From a virus (Duplodnaviria > Caudoviricetes), in the IMG/VR virus record IMGVR_UViG_3300020181_000004, positions 1 to 43,403 of that record: a DNA stretch of 43,403 bases; one strand, given 5' to 3'. Made by a program: the position numbers and the translations under genes. Shown here piece by piece: positions 34,101 through 43,403 of this stretch. Under the pieces are notes generated by a model, which had not been told where the DNA came from, did not search any database, and saw nothing but the letters and a program-made list of their open reading frames with translations. How positions within the stretch are numbered: the first letter of the stretch is position 1; every line of letters begins with the position of its first letter.

Positions 34101-34111
34101 CATGCAAGGAA

Positions 34112-35101
34112 ATGACATTGGCCCAGCTTGACGCTCAAGCAGCCGTTGTCGCTGACGATTCCACCGACAGCGCTGCGGCTCAGACGAACACGACCGCGAC
34201 GCAGCAGGAAGCCGAGCCGAAAGACGTCTCCCTCGAGGAGATGTATGGCGAGGATCGGCCTCAGGACGCCCCGGAAGCCGGCGAAGATGGCGCTGGTGAG
34301 GGTGAGGAGCGTCAGGAAGGCGAAGAAGGCGCTGAAGAGGGCGAGCAGCAGGACGACCTCCCGCCCGTAAACGCCCCTTCAAGCTGGAAAGCCGAGGAAA
34401 AGGAGCTTTTCTCCTCTCTCCCGCGCAATGTTCAGGAGACGATCGCCCGCCGCGAGGCTGAGCGCGACCAGTTCGTCAACCGCAAGTCGGAAGAAGCAAC
34501 CAAAGCTGCCCGCCAGGCCGAAGTTCAGGCCCTGCGTCAGCTCGATGAGCAGATCATCCCCCTATACGAGCAGCGCCTACAGGCCATGCTGCCGCAAGTG
34601 CCGCCGAAGCCCTCTTATCAGCTTCAGGCGGACGACCCTTATGCCTTTGCCGAGCAGATGGATGCTCATGAACGCGCGCTAGCCCAGCACTCCTACGTGC
34701 AGCAGCAGGTTCATTTCCTCCGTCAGCAGCAAGAGCAGGTTCAGCAGACGCTTTCAGCCCAGGAGGCCCAGGAAACGCACGCTGTCCTAAGTGAACAATT
34801 CCCCGAATATCTCGACCCAGATCAAGGTCCGAAACTCCGCGAAGAGCTGGGGTCCATCGCACTTGAGGTCGGATATTCTCCGGACGTGCTGGCAAATGCC
34901 AACGCCATGGACATCCTTGCGATGAGGAAGGTGAGCCACTGGAAGGCCAAGGCCGACCGTTGGGACGCTCTCCAGAAGGACAAGATGGCCAACGTGCGCA
35001 AGGCCAAGACGCTTCCGAAAATCGCGAGGCCTGGAACGGCGGGAGGCGGCGCTCAGCCGAAGAACGTCCCGATCGAGAAGGTCCTCTATCCCAACGATTA
35101 G
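34112..35101 (+). CDS. Capsid scaffolding protein
   Basis: Acidic N-terminus; APSSWKAEEKELF; coiled coil; directly before the capsid gene. Confidence 0.88.
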   Translation: MTLAQLDAQAAVVADDSTDSAAAQTNTTATQQEAEPKDVSLEEMYGEDRPQDAPEAGEDGAGEGEERQEGEEGAEEGEQQDDLPPVNAPSSWKAEEKELFSSLPRNVQETIARREAERDQFVNRKSEEATKAARQAEVQALRQLDEQIIPLYEQRLQAMLPQVPPKPSYQLQADDPYAFAEQMDAHERALAQHSYVQQQVHFLRQQQEQVQQTLSAQEAQETHAVLSEQFPEYLDPDQGPKLREELGSIALEVGYSPDVLANANAMDILAMRKVSHWKAKADRWDALQKDKMANVRKAKTLPKIARPGTAGGGAQPKNVPIEKVLYPND

Positions 35102-35115
35102 CGAAGGAGGCCTAG

Positions 35116-36120
35116 ATGGCTACCATCGGCAATTCATATCTCAACCTCATCGACAAATATCGTCGCGAGGACCGTTTCGGCAATATCGCACCCGTCATCG
35201 AGGCCCTGAACACCTTGAACCCTTTCATGAGGGACGCAGTGGCGATCGAGGCCAATGAGGGCACTACCCACAAGAGCACCATCCGCACCGGCCTGCCCGA
35301 TGTGACGTGGGGCAAGCTCTATCAGGGCATTCCGCAGTCGAAGTCCACCACGCAGCAGGTCGAAGATGCGACCGGCTTCGTTGAGGGTCTCTCGTTTGTG
35401 GATGACCGTTACCTGCAGCTTTCGAAGAACCCTGCCGCTGTCCGCATGTCGGAAGCGCAGCCGTTCCTCGAGGCGATCGCGCAGGAAGTGGCGACGAACA
35501 TCTTCTACGCCGATACGGCAACCACGCCGGAGCGGTTCAAGGGGCTGGGCGCTCGCTACGACACGCTTGCCAACACGCAGGTCATCAACGGTGGCGGCGT
35601 CGGGTCCGACAACACCTCGATCTGGTTCGTCACCCATGGTGAGCGCCAGACAGCGCTGATCTATCCGCAGGGTACTGCGGCCGGCGTTCAGCGTGAGGAC
35701 AAGGGCAGCCAGCGCGTCACCGACGATCTAGGCAATGCCTATTACGGCAAGGAAGAGCTGTTCCGTCAGCATGTCGGCGTTGCTGTTGGGGATTGGCGCT
35801 TCAATGCGCGTATTGCCAACATCGACGTCTCCGAGCTGCGGGCCGGCAACGTGGACATCTACGCCCTCATGCGGTCGGCTTACTGGAGGCTCCAGGGCCG
35901 CCGGAATGGCAATGTCCAGAATGGCGGCATGATCTCGATGGGCCGCACGGTCATCTACGCGAACCGTGAAGTCCTCGAAGCCCTCGATACGCAGGCCAGC
36001 GACAACGACAAGGTTCGCCTGACCCGCGATGAAGTCGAGGGCGGCGAGATCCTTGCCTACCGCCAGCTTCCGATCCGCGAGACGGATGCCCTGATCAACG
36101 CCGAAGCCGCGATCGCGTAA
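35116..36120 (+). CDS. Major capsid protein
   Basis: 334 aa; EANEGTTHKSTIRTGLP; PERFKGLGARY; DWRFNARIANIDVS. Confidence 0.93.
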   Translation: MATIGNSYLNLIDKYRREDRFGNIAPVIEALNTLNPFMRDAVAIEANEGTTHKSTIRTGLPDVTWGKLYQGIPQSKSTTQQVEDATGFVEGLSFVDDRYLQLSKNPAAVRMSEAQPFLEAIAQEVATNIFYADTATTPERFKGLGARYDTLANTQVINGGGVGSDNTSIWFVTHGERQTALIYPQGTAAGVQREDKGSQRVTDDLGNAYYGKEELFRQHVGVAVGDWRFNARIANIDVSELRAGNVDIYALMRSAYWRLQGRRNGNVQNGGMISMGRTVIYANREVLEALDTQASDNDKVRLTRDEVEGGEILAYRQLPIRETDALINAEAAIA

Positions 36121-36144
36121 CTCTCGCCAAAGGAGACATGAGAA

Positions 36145-36576
36145 ATGATTATGGACCGCACTTTGCTGTTCAGCGATCGTCAGGCGATCACTGCATCAGC
36201 AGCCTCCACGAACGTCGTGGAGCTTGGCGAGACTGGCACCGTTTACGGCGCTACTTCGCCTGTCGTCCGCGACATTGGCAACGGCACGGCAATCCCGCTT
36301 ACCGTTGCCATCACGGAAGGCTTCAACAACCTCACCTCGCTCACGATCGCCATCCAGGTGGACGACAACGCGGCCTTCACTTCGGCCAAGACTGTCTACA
36401 CTACCCCGGCGATTGTTCTCGCGGATCTCGGCGCAGGAGACGAACGCCCTCTGCCCGATTTCATTCCGCGGGGCACGAACGAGCGGTTCTTGCGCCTTTA
36501 CTACACCGTCACCGGCACCGCCCCGTCGCTCGGCAGGATCACTGCCGGCGTCTCCATGGGCAACCAGACCAACTGA
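36145..36576 (+). CDS. Capsid cement protein (Bbp16-like)
   Basis: MIMDRTLLFSDRQAITASAASTNVV ... ERFLRLYYTVTG..GRITAG. Confidence 0.88.
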   Translation: MIMDRTLLFSDRQAITASAASTNVVELGETGTVYGATSPVVRDIGNGTAIPLTVAITEGFNNLTSLTIAIQVDDNAAFTSAKTVYTTPAIVLADLGAGDERPLPDFIPRGTNERFLRLYYTVTGTAPSLGRITAGVSMGNQTN

Positions 36577-36588
36577 GGAGTCTAGACC

Positions 36589-36888
36589 ATGGCAAAGCAG
36601 CCGAAAACCTACACTGCCCCGCATCCGGTCTATGTGGATCGGCAGTATTTCAAGGCCAACCGTCCTTTCTCAACGACCGCTGAGAAGGGCGAGAACTGGG
36701 AAGAGCTTAGCAAGGTTGAGCAGCGTGTCGCGGATGCACAGCAGGATATCCCCGGCGACGTTCCTCTGGAAACGCTGGACCTCGCCGGCCTTCGCGCTGT
36801 CGCGGTCGAAAAGCGCGTCAACCCGGAAGGGCTGTCCAAGAAGGACCTCATCACTGCCATCAAGGCGGCGAGCGAGTCCAAGCTTTGA
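36589..36888 (+). CDS. Head-associated protein with C-terminal HeH/Rho-N-like motif
   Basis: LDLAGLRAVAVEKRVNPEGLSKKDLITAI. Confidence 0.7.
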   Translation: MAKQPKTYTAPHPVYVDRQYFKANRPFSTTAEKGENWEELSKVEQRVADAQQDIPGDVPLETLDLAGLRAVAVEKRVNPEGLSKKDLITAIKAASESKL

Positions 36889-36894
36889 CTGATA

Positions 36895-36928
36895 GGGGAG
36901 GGGCTTAACCGCTCCTCCCCACCTTTTT
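36895..36928 (+). terminator. Rho-independent terminator after the head genes
   Basis: GGGGAGGGGC-TTAACC-GCTCCTCCCC then ACCTTTTT. Confidence 0.7.
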
Positions 36929-36941
36929 GCAGGAGCCGAGC

Positions 36942-37343
36942 ATGGCAAACGCGATCTATCCCAAGTTCAAAGAGGCGCTGCTCGACGGCTCCACCAACAC
37001 TGATGTCAACGATGGCACGGTGAAGGTGGCTCTAATTGATACGGGCGCCTACACCTATTCCGCCGCGCACGATTTCTACGATGACGTGACTGGCGTAGTG
37101 GGCACTCCGCAGACCATCGCCAACACTACCGTCACCAACGGGTTGTTCGACGGCGATAACGTCACCTTTACCGCTGTTTCCGGTAATACCGTTGAGGCTC
37201 TGATCATCTACATCGACACCGGCTCGGCAGGCACTTCCCGGCTTGTCGCCTACCTCGACAGCGGTGTGACCGGCCTTCCCGTCACCCCGAACGGTGGCGA
37301 TATCAGCGTGAACTGGAACGCCAGCGGCATCTTCCAGCTCTAG
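36942..37343 (+). CDS. Virion structural protein
   Basis: MANAIYPKFKEALL..VKVALID..LPVTPNGGDISVNWNASGIFQL; beta-rich. Confidence 0.8.
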   Translation: MANAIYPKFKEALLDGSTNTDVNDGTVKVALIDTGAYTYSAAHDFYDDVTGVVGTPQTIANTTVTNGLFDGDNVTFTAVSGNTVEALIIYIDTGSAGTSRLVAYLDSGVTGLPVTPNGGDISVNWNASGIFQL

Positions 37344-37360
37344 CACGTGGGAGGCGGTTG

Positions 37361-37708
37361 ATGGCCATCAGCGATGAACTGGCCGATCTGCCGCAGCGAG
37401 AGCGAGAAAGGCGAAAGGTAGGGCACTTCGCCTCGCATATCCTGACGTCTCCCCGCTCGTTCCAGCGAAACAATATCCGTTGGACCATTCATGACTTCGG
37501 GCGGGTGGACCGGGACGACGTTCCGATGCTGCGCCTGGTTGTGTCAGCAAGGCCCGCCCCTAATGGCCAATGGCTGTTCCAAGAGAAGGAGCTGTTCTTC
37601 GTCAATCCTCCTATCCTCGTTCCGGATGGAGAGGATGGGGCAGGCAAGCCTCGGTTTCGTGAGGATCTGAAGGAAGCCTTGCGAACGATGCTGGACGCAC
37701 TTCTCTGA
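37361..37708 (+). CDS. Hypothetical protein
   Basis: FVNPPILVPDG..REDLKEAL; GGAGG RBS; coupled to the fibre gene. Confidence 0.7.
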   Translation: MAISDELADLPQRERERRKVGHFASHILTSPRSFQRNNIRWTIHDFGRVDRDDVPMLRLVVSARPAPNGQWLFQEKELFFVNPPILVPDGEDGAGKPRFREDLKEALRTMLDALL

Positions 37709-39192
37709 TGGCAACTTATGTCGTCTACAGCAGCGCGGCTGACCACACTGTCGAGATATTCGGGAGCAGTTGGGCCAACGTGCGCGAAGGCACGGGCAGC
37801 AAGTTCGCGCAGAACGCAACAAACTTCCAGCTTTTTGCAGGCGTTACTTCTTCCACCCAGCTTTACCAGTCGTTCCTAGGTTTCGACACCAGCGCTATCC
37901 CTGCTGGCACCGACAGCGCCGTCTCGCTGACCCTCACCGGCTACTTTGACAGCTACGGCAACAAAACCATCGGCATTGCCGAGCACGATTGGGCTGGCGG
38001 CGCTGCAAGCCTCATCAGCGGCTCTCAGCTTGCCGCCAAGACAACTCTCGGGTCCACGGTTGGCAACAACGCCGTCAAGACGATTGCCTTGTCCACTACG
38101 GCGATTCCCAGGACGGCCGCCTACAAGCTGGTAGTGTTCGACGTTGACCAGAAGGCCTCGACGACACCGGCCACATTCGGCAATTTCGCGTTCTATTCCA
38201 GCGAGCGGACTGGAACGACCCAAGACCCGTTCCTCACGTTCACAGTTGCAGAGGGCGGAGGGGCCACGGCCCTGACGCCTTCGCTGTTCACGAACAGCCA
38301 AACTTTCTTCTCACCCGCAATTGCCCAAACGCAGCCGGCGCAGACGCTTCAGGCGGCGCTGTTCACTAACACCCAGGCGTTTTTCGCTCCCTCGGTGGTG
38401 CGCGGCGCCATTGCTCTTGGCCCCTCATTTCTCACTAACGCGCAGGCATTCTACGCGCCCTCCGTAGTGGTTGGGGCGGTAACGCTATCTCCGCCGCTCC
38501 TGAGCAATGCGGAAGCATTCTATCCTGCCACCGTCGGGGCGGGGCCTGTCAATCTTCAAACGTCGCTGTTCACCAATACCAGCGTCTTCCTTGCCCCTTC
38601 AGTCAGCCTCGCCCAGCAGCTCAATCCGGCCCGCCTCGACAATTCCAGTCAATTCTACGCACCGTCTGTCACAAGAGGAACGGTCAGCCTCTCAGCAAGC
38701 CTCTTCAGCAACACGCAGAGTTTCTTCGCTCCTACGGTAGCCGCTGGAGCCAAGACACTTTCCCCGGCTCGCCTTGACAACAGCAGCACCTTCTATGGCC
38801 CTACGGTCACTGTAGGTGCCGCAGCGCTCGCACCGTCGCTGTTCGTCAACGCCAGCACCTACTTCAACCCGAGTGTTAGCAGGGGGGGCGTCAGCCTCTC
38901 TCCCGCGCTCTTCACGAACGCCAACAGCTTCTTCGCCCCTACGGTCGGGAATACGGGCTTCACTCTGTCGCCGCCGCTCCTGGCGAACGTCAACGAGTTC
39001 TTCGCGCCAACCATTGCGACAGGCGCCGCAGTCGTCACGCCTGAGCTATTCGCAAACGACAACATCTTCTTCGACGCAAAAATCGGCTTCATCTGGACCA
39101 AGCTTCCGGCAGCGGGCGGTTCCTGGACGCCGATCGAGCCAGCGGATGGCCCCTGGATCAGGAAAACCGCAGCAACGGGAGTGTGGCAATGA
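37708..39192 (+). CDS. Fibre-like protein: N-terminal beta domain plus tandem repeats
   Basis: YQSFLGFDTSAIP..SSERTGTTQDPFL, then about 12 LxPxLFTNxxxFFAPxV units of ~23-25 aa. Confidence 0.75.
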   Translation: MATYVVYSSAADHTVEIFGSSWANVREGTGSKFAQNATNFQLFAGVTSSTQLYQSFLGFDTSAIPAGTDSAVSLTLTGYFDSYGNKTIGIAEHDWAGGAASLISGSQLAAKTTLGSTVGNNAVKTIALSTTAIPRTAAYKLVVFDVDQKASTTPATFGNFAFYSSERTGTTQDPFLTFTVAEGGGATALTPSLFTNSQTFFSPAIAQTQPAQTLQAALFTNTQAFFAPSVVRGAIALGPSFLTNAQAFYAPSVVVGAVTLSPPLLSNAEAFYPATVGAGPVNLQTSLFTNTSVFLAPSVSLAQQLNPARLDNSSQFYAPSVTRGTVSLSASLFSNTQSFFAPTVAAGAKTLSPARLDNSSTFYGPTVTVGAAALAPSLFVNASTYFNPSVSRGGVSLSPALFTNANSFFAPTVGNTGFTLSPPLLANVNEFFAPTIATGAAVVTPELFANDNIFFDAKIGFIWTKLPAAGGSWTPIEPADGPWIRKTAATGVWQ

Positions 39193-39809
39193 TCACTGAC
39201 TACGCCTCGCTTGCTGCTGCTATCGCGAGCCACACGAACCGCGACGATCTCGATGGAGATATTCCCCGCTTCGTTCAGATGACAGAGGTCTACCTGCAGC
39301 GCCGGCTCCGAACCTTGGACATGGAGACGCAGGCCTATTCGTTGGTGTCGGACGAGGAAGTGACGGTTCCGGCAGACCTCCTTTCGATCCGCTCAATCTA
39401 CATGGAAGGCGAGCCAGAGCTTCCGTTGACGGCGGTTTCGCCCGCGGCATTGGCCGGAGAGTTCCAGGGGATGCAGGGCACGCCCTCCGCCTACTCGCTC
39501 ACCGGCAACACGATCCGGCTGTCTCCCAAGCCTGCCGAGGAGGTGAACCTCACCATCACCTATCTCGCCAAGTTCACTCCGCTTACCGAGAACACCGACA
39601 ACTGGATCATCCGCAATCATCCGGATGTCTATTTCTACGGCACCTTGGCTCAGGCCATGCTGTTCCTGAAAGACCCTGATGCCGCGGCGATCGGCAGCGT
39701 GTTCGAGGCTGCGGTGAACAACCTCGCCACCTCCCGCGCAATGGATCGCTGGGGTCCAGGTCTCACCATTCCAACAGGTGTCAGGCAGGTAGCAGGGGCG
39801 CGATGCTAG
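39189..39809 (+). CDS. Head-tail adaptor protein
   Basis: ITDYASLAAAIA..IPRFVQMTE..NWIIRNHPDVYFYGTL. Confidence 0.8.
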   Translation: MITDYASLAAAIASHTNRDDLDGDIPRFVQMTEVYLQRRLRTLDMETQAYSLVSDEEVTVPADLLSIRSIYMEGEPELPLTAVSPAALAGEFQGMQGTPSAYSLTGNTIRLSPKPAEEVNLTITYLAKFTPLTENTDNWIIRNHPDVYFYGTLAQAMLFLKDPDAAAIGSVFEAAVNNLATSRAMDRWGPGLTIPTGVRQVAGARC

Positions 39810-40024
39810 TTCGCCTGCCAGTTCCCAGCCCAGAGCTGCAGGGATTGGTCACGCAAATTGAGAGGGCTTTTCGAGGGGTGGGGGTGATGTCTTTTGCGGA
39901 CGCCACAGCCCTTCCTTCGGCCGCCGATAACCCGTTCCGCATCGCCTATGTGACTGACATCGATCGTCTTGCCTTCAGCAACGGCACTGACTGGATCGAG
40001 CTTACACCGGGAGCAACGCTCTAA
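39803..40024 (+). CDS. Small tail protein
   Basis: LPSAADNPFRIAYVTD..LAFSNGTDW. Confidence 0.75.
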   Translation: MLVRLPVPSPELQGLVTQIERAFRGVGVMSFADATALPSAADNPFRIAYVTDIDRLAFSNGTDWIELTPGATL

Positions 40025-40824
40025 TGCCCTCAACGCCGAGCACCAGCAATCGCTTTGAACTCCAGGCCGTTGGCGAGAACAACGACACCTGGGGCGAGAA
40101 GCTGATGGACGCCCTCCGCCAGACCGATCAGGCGCTGGATGGGCTGACGACGGTGAACCTGTCCGGAGCGGACGCTGAATACACCCTCGTGGTGGACAAT
40201 TACGAGGATGACGATGAAGCGCGTCGACGTGTTCTCCATCTCACTGGAACGCTCACCGGCACTGGCTCTGTCGTTATTCCGAACGTCACCAAAACCTATC
40301 TCGTCATCAACGACACCGATGCTCCGGTGGAAATCGGCACAGGCTCTGGAACGTCAGCCACAGTTCCTGCGGATCAGACGCGATGGGTGGTGAGCCTTGG
40401 CGGGAACGTCGTTCGGGTTGGCGGCGGTCTCGGGTCCATGGCCGACGTGAACCGGGCCACTACGGCTCAACTTCGCGCACGTGAAAGCGATACAGGCGTC
40501 ACGTCTCAAGGCATCCGCGACGCGCTTGCCTATGTGAACATTCCCTATGCCTCGACCATGACGCTCAATGGCGAAGCTGGCGTGAACTTCGAAAGCACGC
40601 TCACAGGCAATGTGACCTCGTTCGAGGTGTCCGATCCTATCGTCGGCGCCACCTACGCGATTGAGTTCGTCGGCAACAACGCAACTCCGCGCACGGTCAC
40701 ATTCCATTCGAACTTCAAGAACCCGCCGCTGCTCAACGACATCACCAGCTCGAAAGGCTACGAAGTCACTTTCAAGGTGCGGACGGCCACCAGGTTCATC
40801 CCTGTGGCGCTAAGGTCACTCTGA
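40024..40824 (+). CDS. Tail fibre protein
   Basis: MPST...FELQAVGENNDTWG N-terminus; TLTGNVT C-terminal domain. Confidence 0.75.
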   Translation: MPSTPSTSNRFELQAVGENNDTWGEKLMDALRQTDQALDGLTTVNLSGADAEYTLVVDNYEDDDEARRRVLHLTGTLTGTGSVVIPNVTKTYLVINDTDAPVEIGTGSGTSATVPADQTRWVVSLGGNVVRVGGGLGSMADVNRATTAQLRARESDTGVTSQGIRDALAYVNIPYASTMTLNGEAGVNFESTLTGNVTSFEVSDPIVGATYAIEFVGNNATPRTVTFHSNFKNPPLLNDITSSKGYEVTFKVRTATRFIPVALRSL

Positions 40825-41228
40825 TGCTCCTTGGGTCTCCGATCCTCATGGGAGACAGTGGCGGCATCGTTCTCACTGCGGGCCAGCAAACGACCCCCGG
40901 TTCCGGTGACGTTTACGTGGGCTACACCACCGAGGACGCCTTCAGCCAAGTGCCCGCGTTCGGCTCGCTAAGCGATGAGCCTGTCCAAGGTGCAGTCGTC
41001 TTGGCGCTCTACCAGAACAACGACGATAACGGCTCCTCGATCGACTTCTACGGCAACCAGGAAACATTGCTTGCCGCATATACTGGCGTGGAGGTCAATA
41101 GCGTCAAATACAGCCTGAATGCGCCGTTTTCCTATAGTGGCTCCAGTGTGCCGCCCCGCACACGCGGCACGATTTCTGGCCTGCTCGGCTTCGTCAGCGG
41201 CCAGCAATACCGCATCCGACTGGTCTAG
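40824..41228 (+). CDS. Fibre-tip/receptor-binding accessory protein
   Basis: 134 aa, beta-rich, coupled to the fibre gene. Confidence 0.55.
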   Translation: MLLGSPILMGDSGGIVLTAGQQTTPGSGDVYVGYTTEDAFSQVPAFGSLSDEPVQGAVVLALYQNNDDNGSSIDFYGNQETLLAAYTGVEVNSVKYSLNAPFSYSGSSVPPRTRGTISGLLGFVSGQQYRIRLV

Positions 41229-41240
41229 GGAGAAGAGACA

Positions 41241-42764
41241 TTGCGCTTTTCCCTCGAGCCTCCTCCGGGGCTGTTCAGCGACGATACGACCTTCGCTTCG
41301 CCCGGTGTCTGGGATGATGGATCGAACGTCAGGGCATGGCTTGGGAAGATGCAGGTCATTGGAGGATGGACGAGGGCCTTTACCGATGCGCTTGAGGGGG
41401 TCTGCCGCAACATCCACGCATGGACCGATGCGGACGGCGCCCTCAACATCGCGTTTGGAACGCATACGCATCTGTTCGTCTACAAGGGCGGGGCGCTCTA
41501 CGACATCACGCCGGCAGGGCTGCTGCCGGGATCTGAGCATGGAACGGGCGGTGCGCCAGGGTTCGGCTCCGGACCCTTCGGAATGGGGCCGTTCGGTAGC
41601 CCGGCATCGACCTATTGGGTGCGAACTTGGTCCTTCGCCAACTATGGCGAGTGGCTGATCGCCAACCCTCGCGGCGGAAACATCTACGTTTGGGAGAATG
41701 CACCTCTTTCACCGGCAACGGTAGTCACAAACGCCCCCACGCGGGTAAATGGCATCCTGGTTACTCCGGAGCGCCAGCTGGTGGCCTTTGGGTGCAACGA
41801 GGAGCTTTCAGGAGACTATAACCCGCTCTGCATTCGCGGCACGGACATTGAGGACATCGAGGCGTGGACCGTCACCGCGGCCAACAACGCATTTGAGCAT
41901 GTCCTTGAAGGTGGTGGAAGGATCGCTGGGCAGAGGCTCATCGGCCCGTATGTGGCTATCTGGACCGACGCAGCGCTCCACCAGGCGCAGTTCGTGGGGC
42001 AGTTGGGCCAGACCTACCAGATCGATCGGGTTGCGGATAATTGCGGGCTTGCTGCTCCCAACGCGGTTCACATCGAGGGGCAATCGGCTTTTTGGGTGTC
42101 GTCGGACTATCAGTTCCGCGCATGGCAGCTAGGCGGAAAGCCTGACATCCTGCGCTGCCCCATTTGGAAGGACTTTGCAGACAATCTCGTCACCTCGCAG
42201 AAGGAGAAGATCGTCGCTTCCGGCGTATCGAAGTTCGGAGAGGTGTGGTTCCACTATCCCGATACCCGCGATGGCAACGAGAACAGTCGCTACCTCGCAT
42301 ATTCGATCACTGAGTCCATCTCAAATCAGGCATCGATCTGGTTCAAGGGCATCCTCGCTCGATCGGCCGCAGTTGATGCGGGAGTTGCTACCAATCCCAT
42401 CATGGTCTCGCCTGATGGTAAGGCGTTCTACCATGAACATGGGAATACGGCGGACGGTGGAAGCCTGAGCTGGTTCCTCAAGAGCGCGGATCAGTATCTG
42501 GAAGAGGGAGGGGTGGCCCTACAGCTTCAGGGGGTGCGTCCGGACTTTGAAAACCAAGCCGGATCGATCGACCTCACCATTGCCGTGCGGACTTATGCTC
42601 AGGAGGCTCCGGTCATCAAAGGGCCGTTCTCCCTTCCTGTAAACGCGCACAAGCGAGACTTCCGAGTGACGGGGCAGATAGCCTCGTTCAAGTTCGCAGG
42701 GACGGAATATATGCGGCTTGGAAGGCCGGTGTTCCCTGCGGTGGCGGCGGGGCGAAGGGCTTAG
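41241..42764 (+). CDS. Tail nozzle/hub protein (P22 gp10 position)
   Basis: 507 aa, beta-propeller-like; WSFANYGEWLIA; FGEVWFHYP. Confidence 0.8.
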   Translation: MRFSLEPPPGLFSDDTTFASPGVWDDGSNVRAWLGKMQVIGGWTRAFTDALEGVCRNIHAWTDADGALNIAFGTHTHLFVYKGGALYDITPAGLLPGSEHGTGGAPGFGSGPFGMGPFGSPASTYWVRTWSFANYGEWLIANPRGGNIYVWENAPLSPATVVTNAPTRVNGILVTPERQLVAFGCNEELSGDYNPLCIRGTDIEDIEAWTVTAANNAFEHVLEGGGRIAGQRLIGPYVAIWTDAALHQAQFVGQLGQTYQIDRVADNCGLAAPNAVHIEGQSAFWVSSDYQFRAWQLGGKPDILRCPIWKDFADNLVTSQKEKIVASGVSKFGEVWFHYPDTRDGNENSRYLAYSITESISNQASIWFKGILARSAAVDAGVATNPIMVSPDGKAFYHEHGNTADGGSLSWFLKSADQYLEEGGVALQLQGVRPDFENQAGSIDLTIAVRTYAQEAPVIKGPFSLPVNAHKRDFRVTGQIASFKFAGTEYMRLGRPVFPAVAAGRRA

Positions 42765-42949
42765 CCCTTTATTCCAGCCTGATACACCTTCTTCGGGGTG
42801 GTGTCGCTGCGATGAGTAAGTTCTTTCGTTTTCCACTTCAGCGGCGGGTGGTGAGGCGGAGGCTGCTTTAGCAAGTTAGCCACCTGCGCTTCCAGCGTTC
42901 TAACACGAAATTCAAGCGCTGCAATCGGGTCGATGTGGTCTTCAGCCAT
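42761..42949 (-). CDS. Antisense small protein (possible moron)
   Basis: 62 aa; short coiled coil LEFRVRTLEAQV; fills an intergenic gap. Confidence 0.45.
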   Translation of the reverse strand: MAEDHIDPIAALEFRVRTLEAQVANLLKQPPPHHPPLKWKTKELTHRSDTTPKKVYQAGIKG

Positions 42950-42983
42950 GCCGTTGTCTTAGCACAAAAGGAGCCCGCCAGCA

Positions 42984-43361
42984 ATGATCTGGGATGCTCC
43001 TGACTGGATTAGCTACCTCACCTTTCGCGAACAAATAGCCGAAGCCGTCGATGAGACCCTGCACCCGATGGCATGGGTGGATGAGCAGGTTCGCAGCGGT
43101 GTGTTCCGTGTCTTCGCAAGTCGCAACGCTATTATCCTCGCCAAGATCGAGACCTACCCGTCAGGCGCCCGCGAAGTTCACGGCATCGTCGCCGCCGGGG
43201 ATCTCAACGACATCAAGAACGACCTCATCCCTCAGGCTCTTCGCTGGGGGAAGCTGCTCAACTGCATCGCAGGACGCATCGAATCTCGGCCCGGCTGGGC
43301 GCGTGAACTCAAAGGCGAGGGCTGGGAAATGCTCCAACTGATAATCCGGAAGGCGTTGTAA
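42984..43361 (+). CDS. Acetyltransferase-like assembly protein (P22 gp14 position)
   Basis: AAGDL..LRWGKLLNC...SRPGWAREL; between the nozzle and the first ejection gene. Confidence 0.7.
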   Translation: MIWDAPDWISYLTFREQIAEAVDETLHPMAWVDEQVRSGVFRVFASRNAIILAKIETYPSGAREVHGIVAAGDLNDIKNDLIPQALRWGKLLNCIAGRIESRPGWARELKGEGWEMLQLIIRKAL

Positions 43362-43403
43362 TGGGGCTTTCAACCAAGAAAACCACGTCCAAGACGAACC
43401 AGA
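43277..43403 (+). repeat. 127-bp terminal overlap, copy 2
   Basis: Identical to 1-127. Confidence 0.97.

Larger units (their letters stand above)
1..43276. mobile_element. Complete temperate phage genome (P22-like podoviral architecture), circular form
   Basis: Terminal overlap; intact attP next to an integrase; full set of packaging, head, short-tail, lysis, immunity and replication genes; no host genes; no tape measure or tail tube gene. Confidence 0.95.

Noticed and set aside
43277-43403. 127-bp repeat as a physical terminal repeat
   Set aside because: Its length equals a common assembler k-mer and it cuts through coding genes, so it is a circular assembly overlap.
1-43403. CRISPR array, DGR/retron reverse transcriptase, IS transposase
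   Set aside because: No regularly spaced repeat-spacer array, RT motifs or DDE/HUH motifs recognised.

Overview
This is a complete, circularly assembled genome of a temperate short-tailed (P22-like architecture) phage. It has 43,276 unique bases; 1-127 repeats 43277-43403. The host is inferred to be an alphaproteobacterium, probably a sphingomonad, from GTTC-N7-GTTC SOS boxes and an attP matching the 3' half of tRNA-Arg(CCG). Modules in order: DNA ejection proteins; an antisense moron; lysis (GH19 endolysin, holin, spanins); accessory genes; attP and tyrosine integrase; leftward early operon (Dam-like MTases, YqaJ exonuclease, ERF); immunity switch; rightward early/replication operon; Q-like gene; a structured non-coding region; terminase, portal, scaffold, capsid and tail. 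Four signals stand out. (1) Five dispersed ~75-86 nt elements have three covarying GNA/GNNA-capped hairpins, and four of them form back-to-back pairs that each bracket one accessory gene. (2) A hairpin plus ACC_TTT_CGC is a candidate +1 frameshift fusing an M15 peptidase to an ejection protein. (3) An SOS box precedes a Cys-rich ORF lying antisense inside a repressor gene that has no autocleavage domain. (4) Nested tRNA-like structures follow the late promoter. All assignments come from reading motifs by eye; no searches or folding were run.
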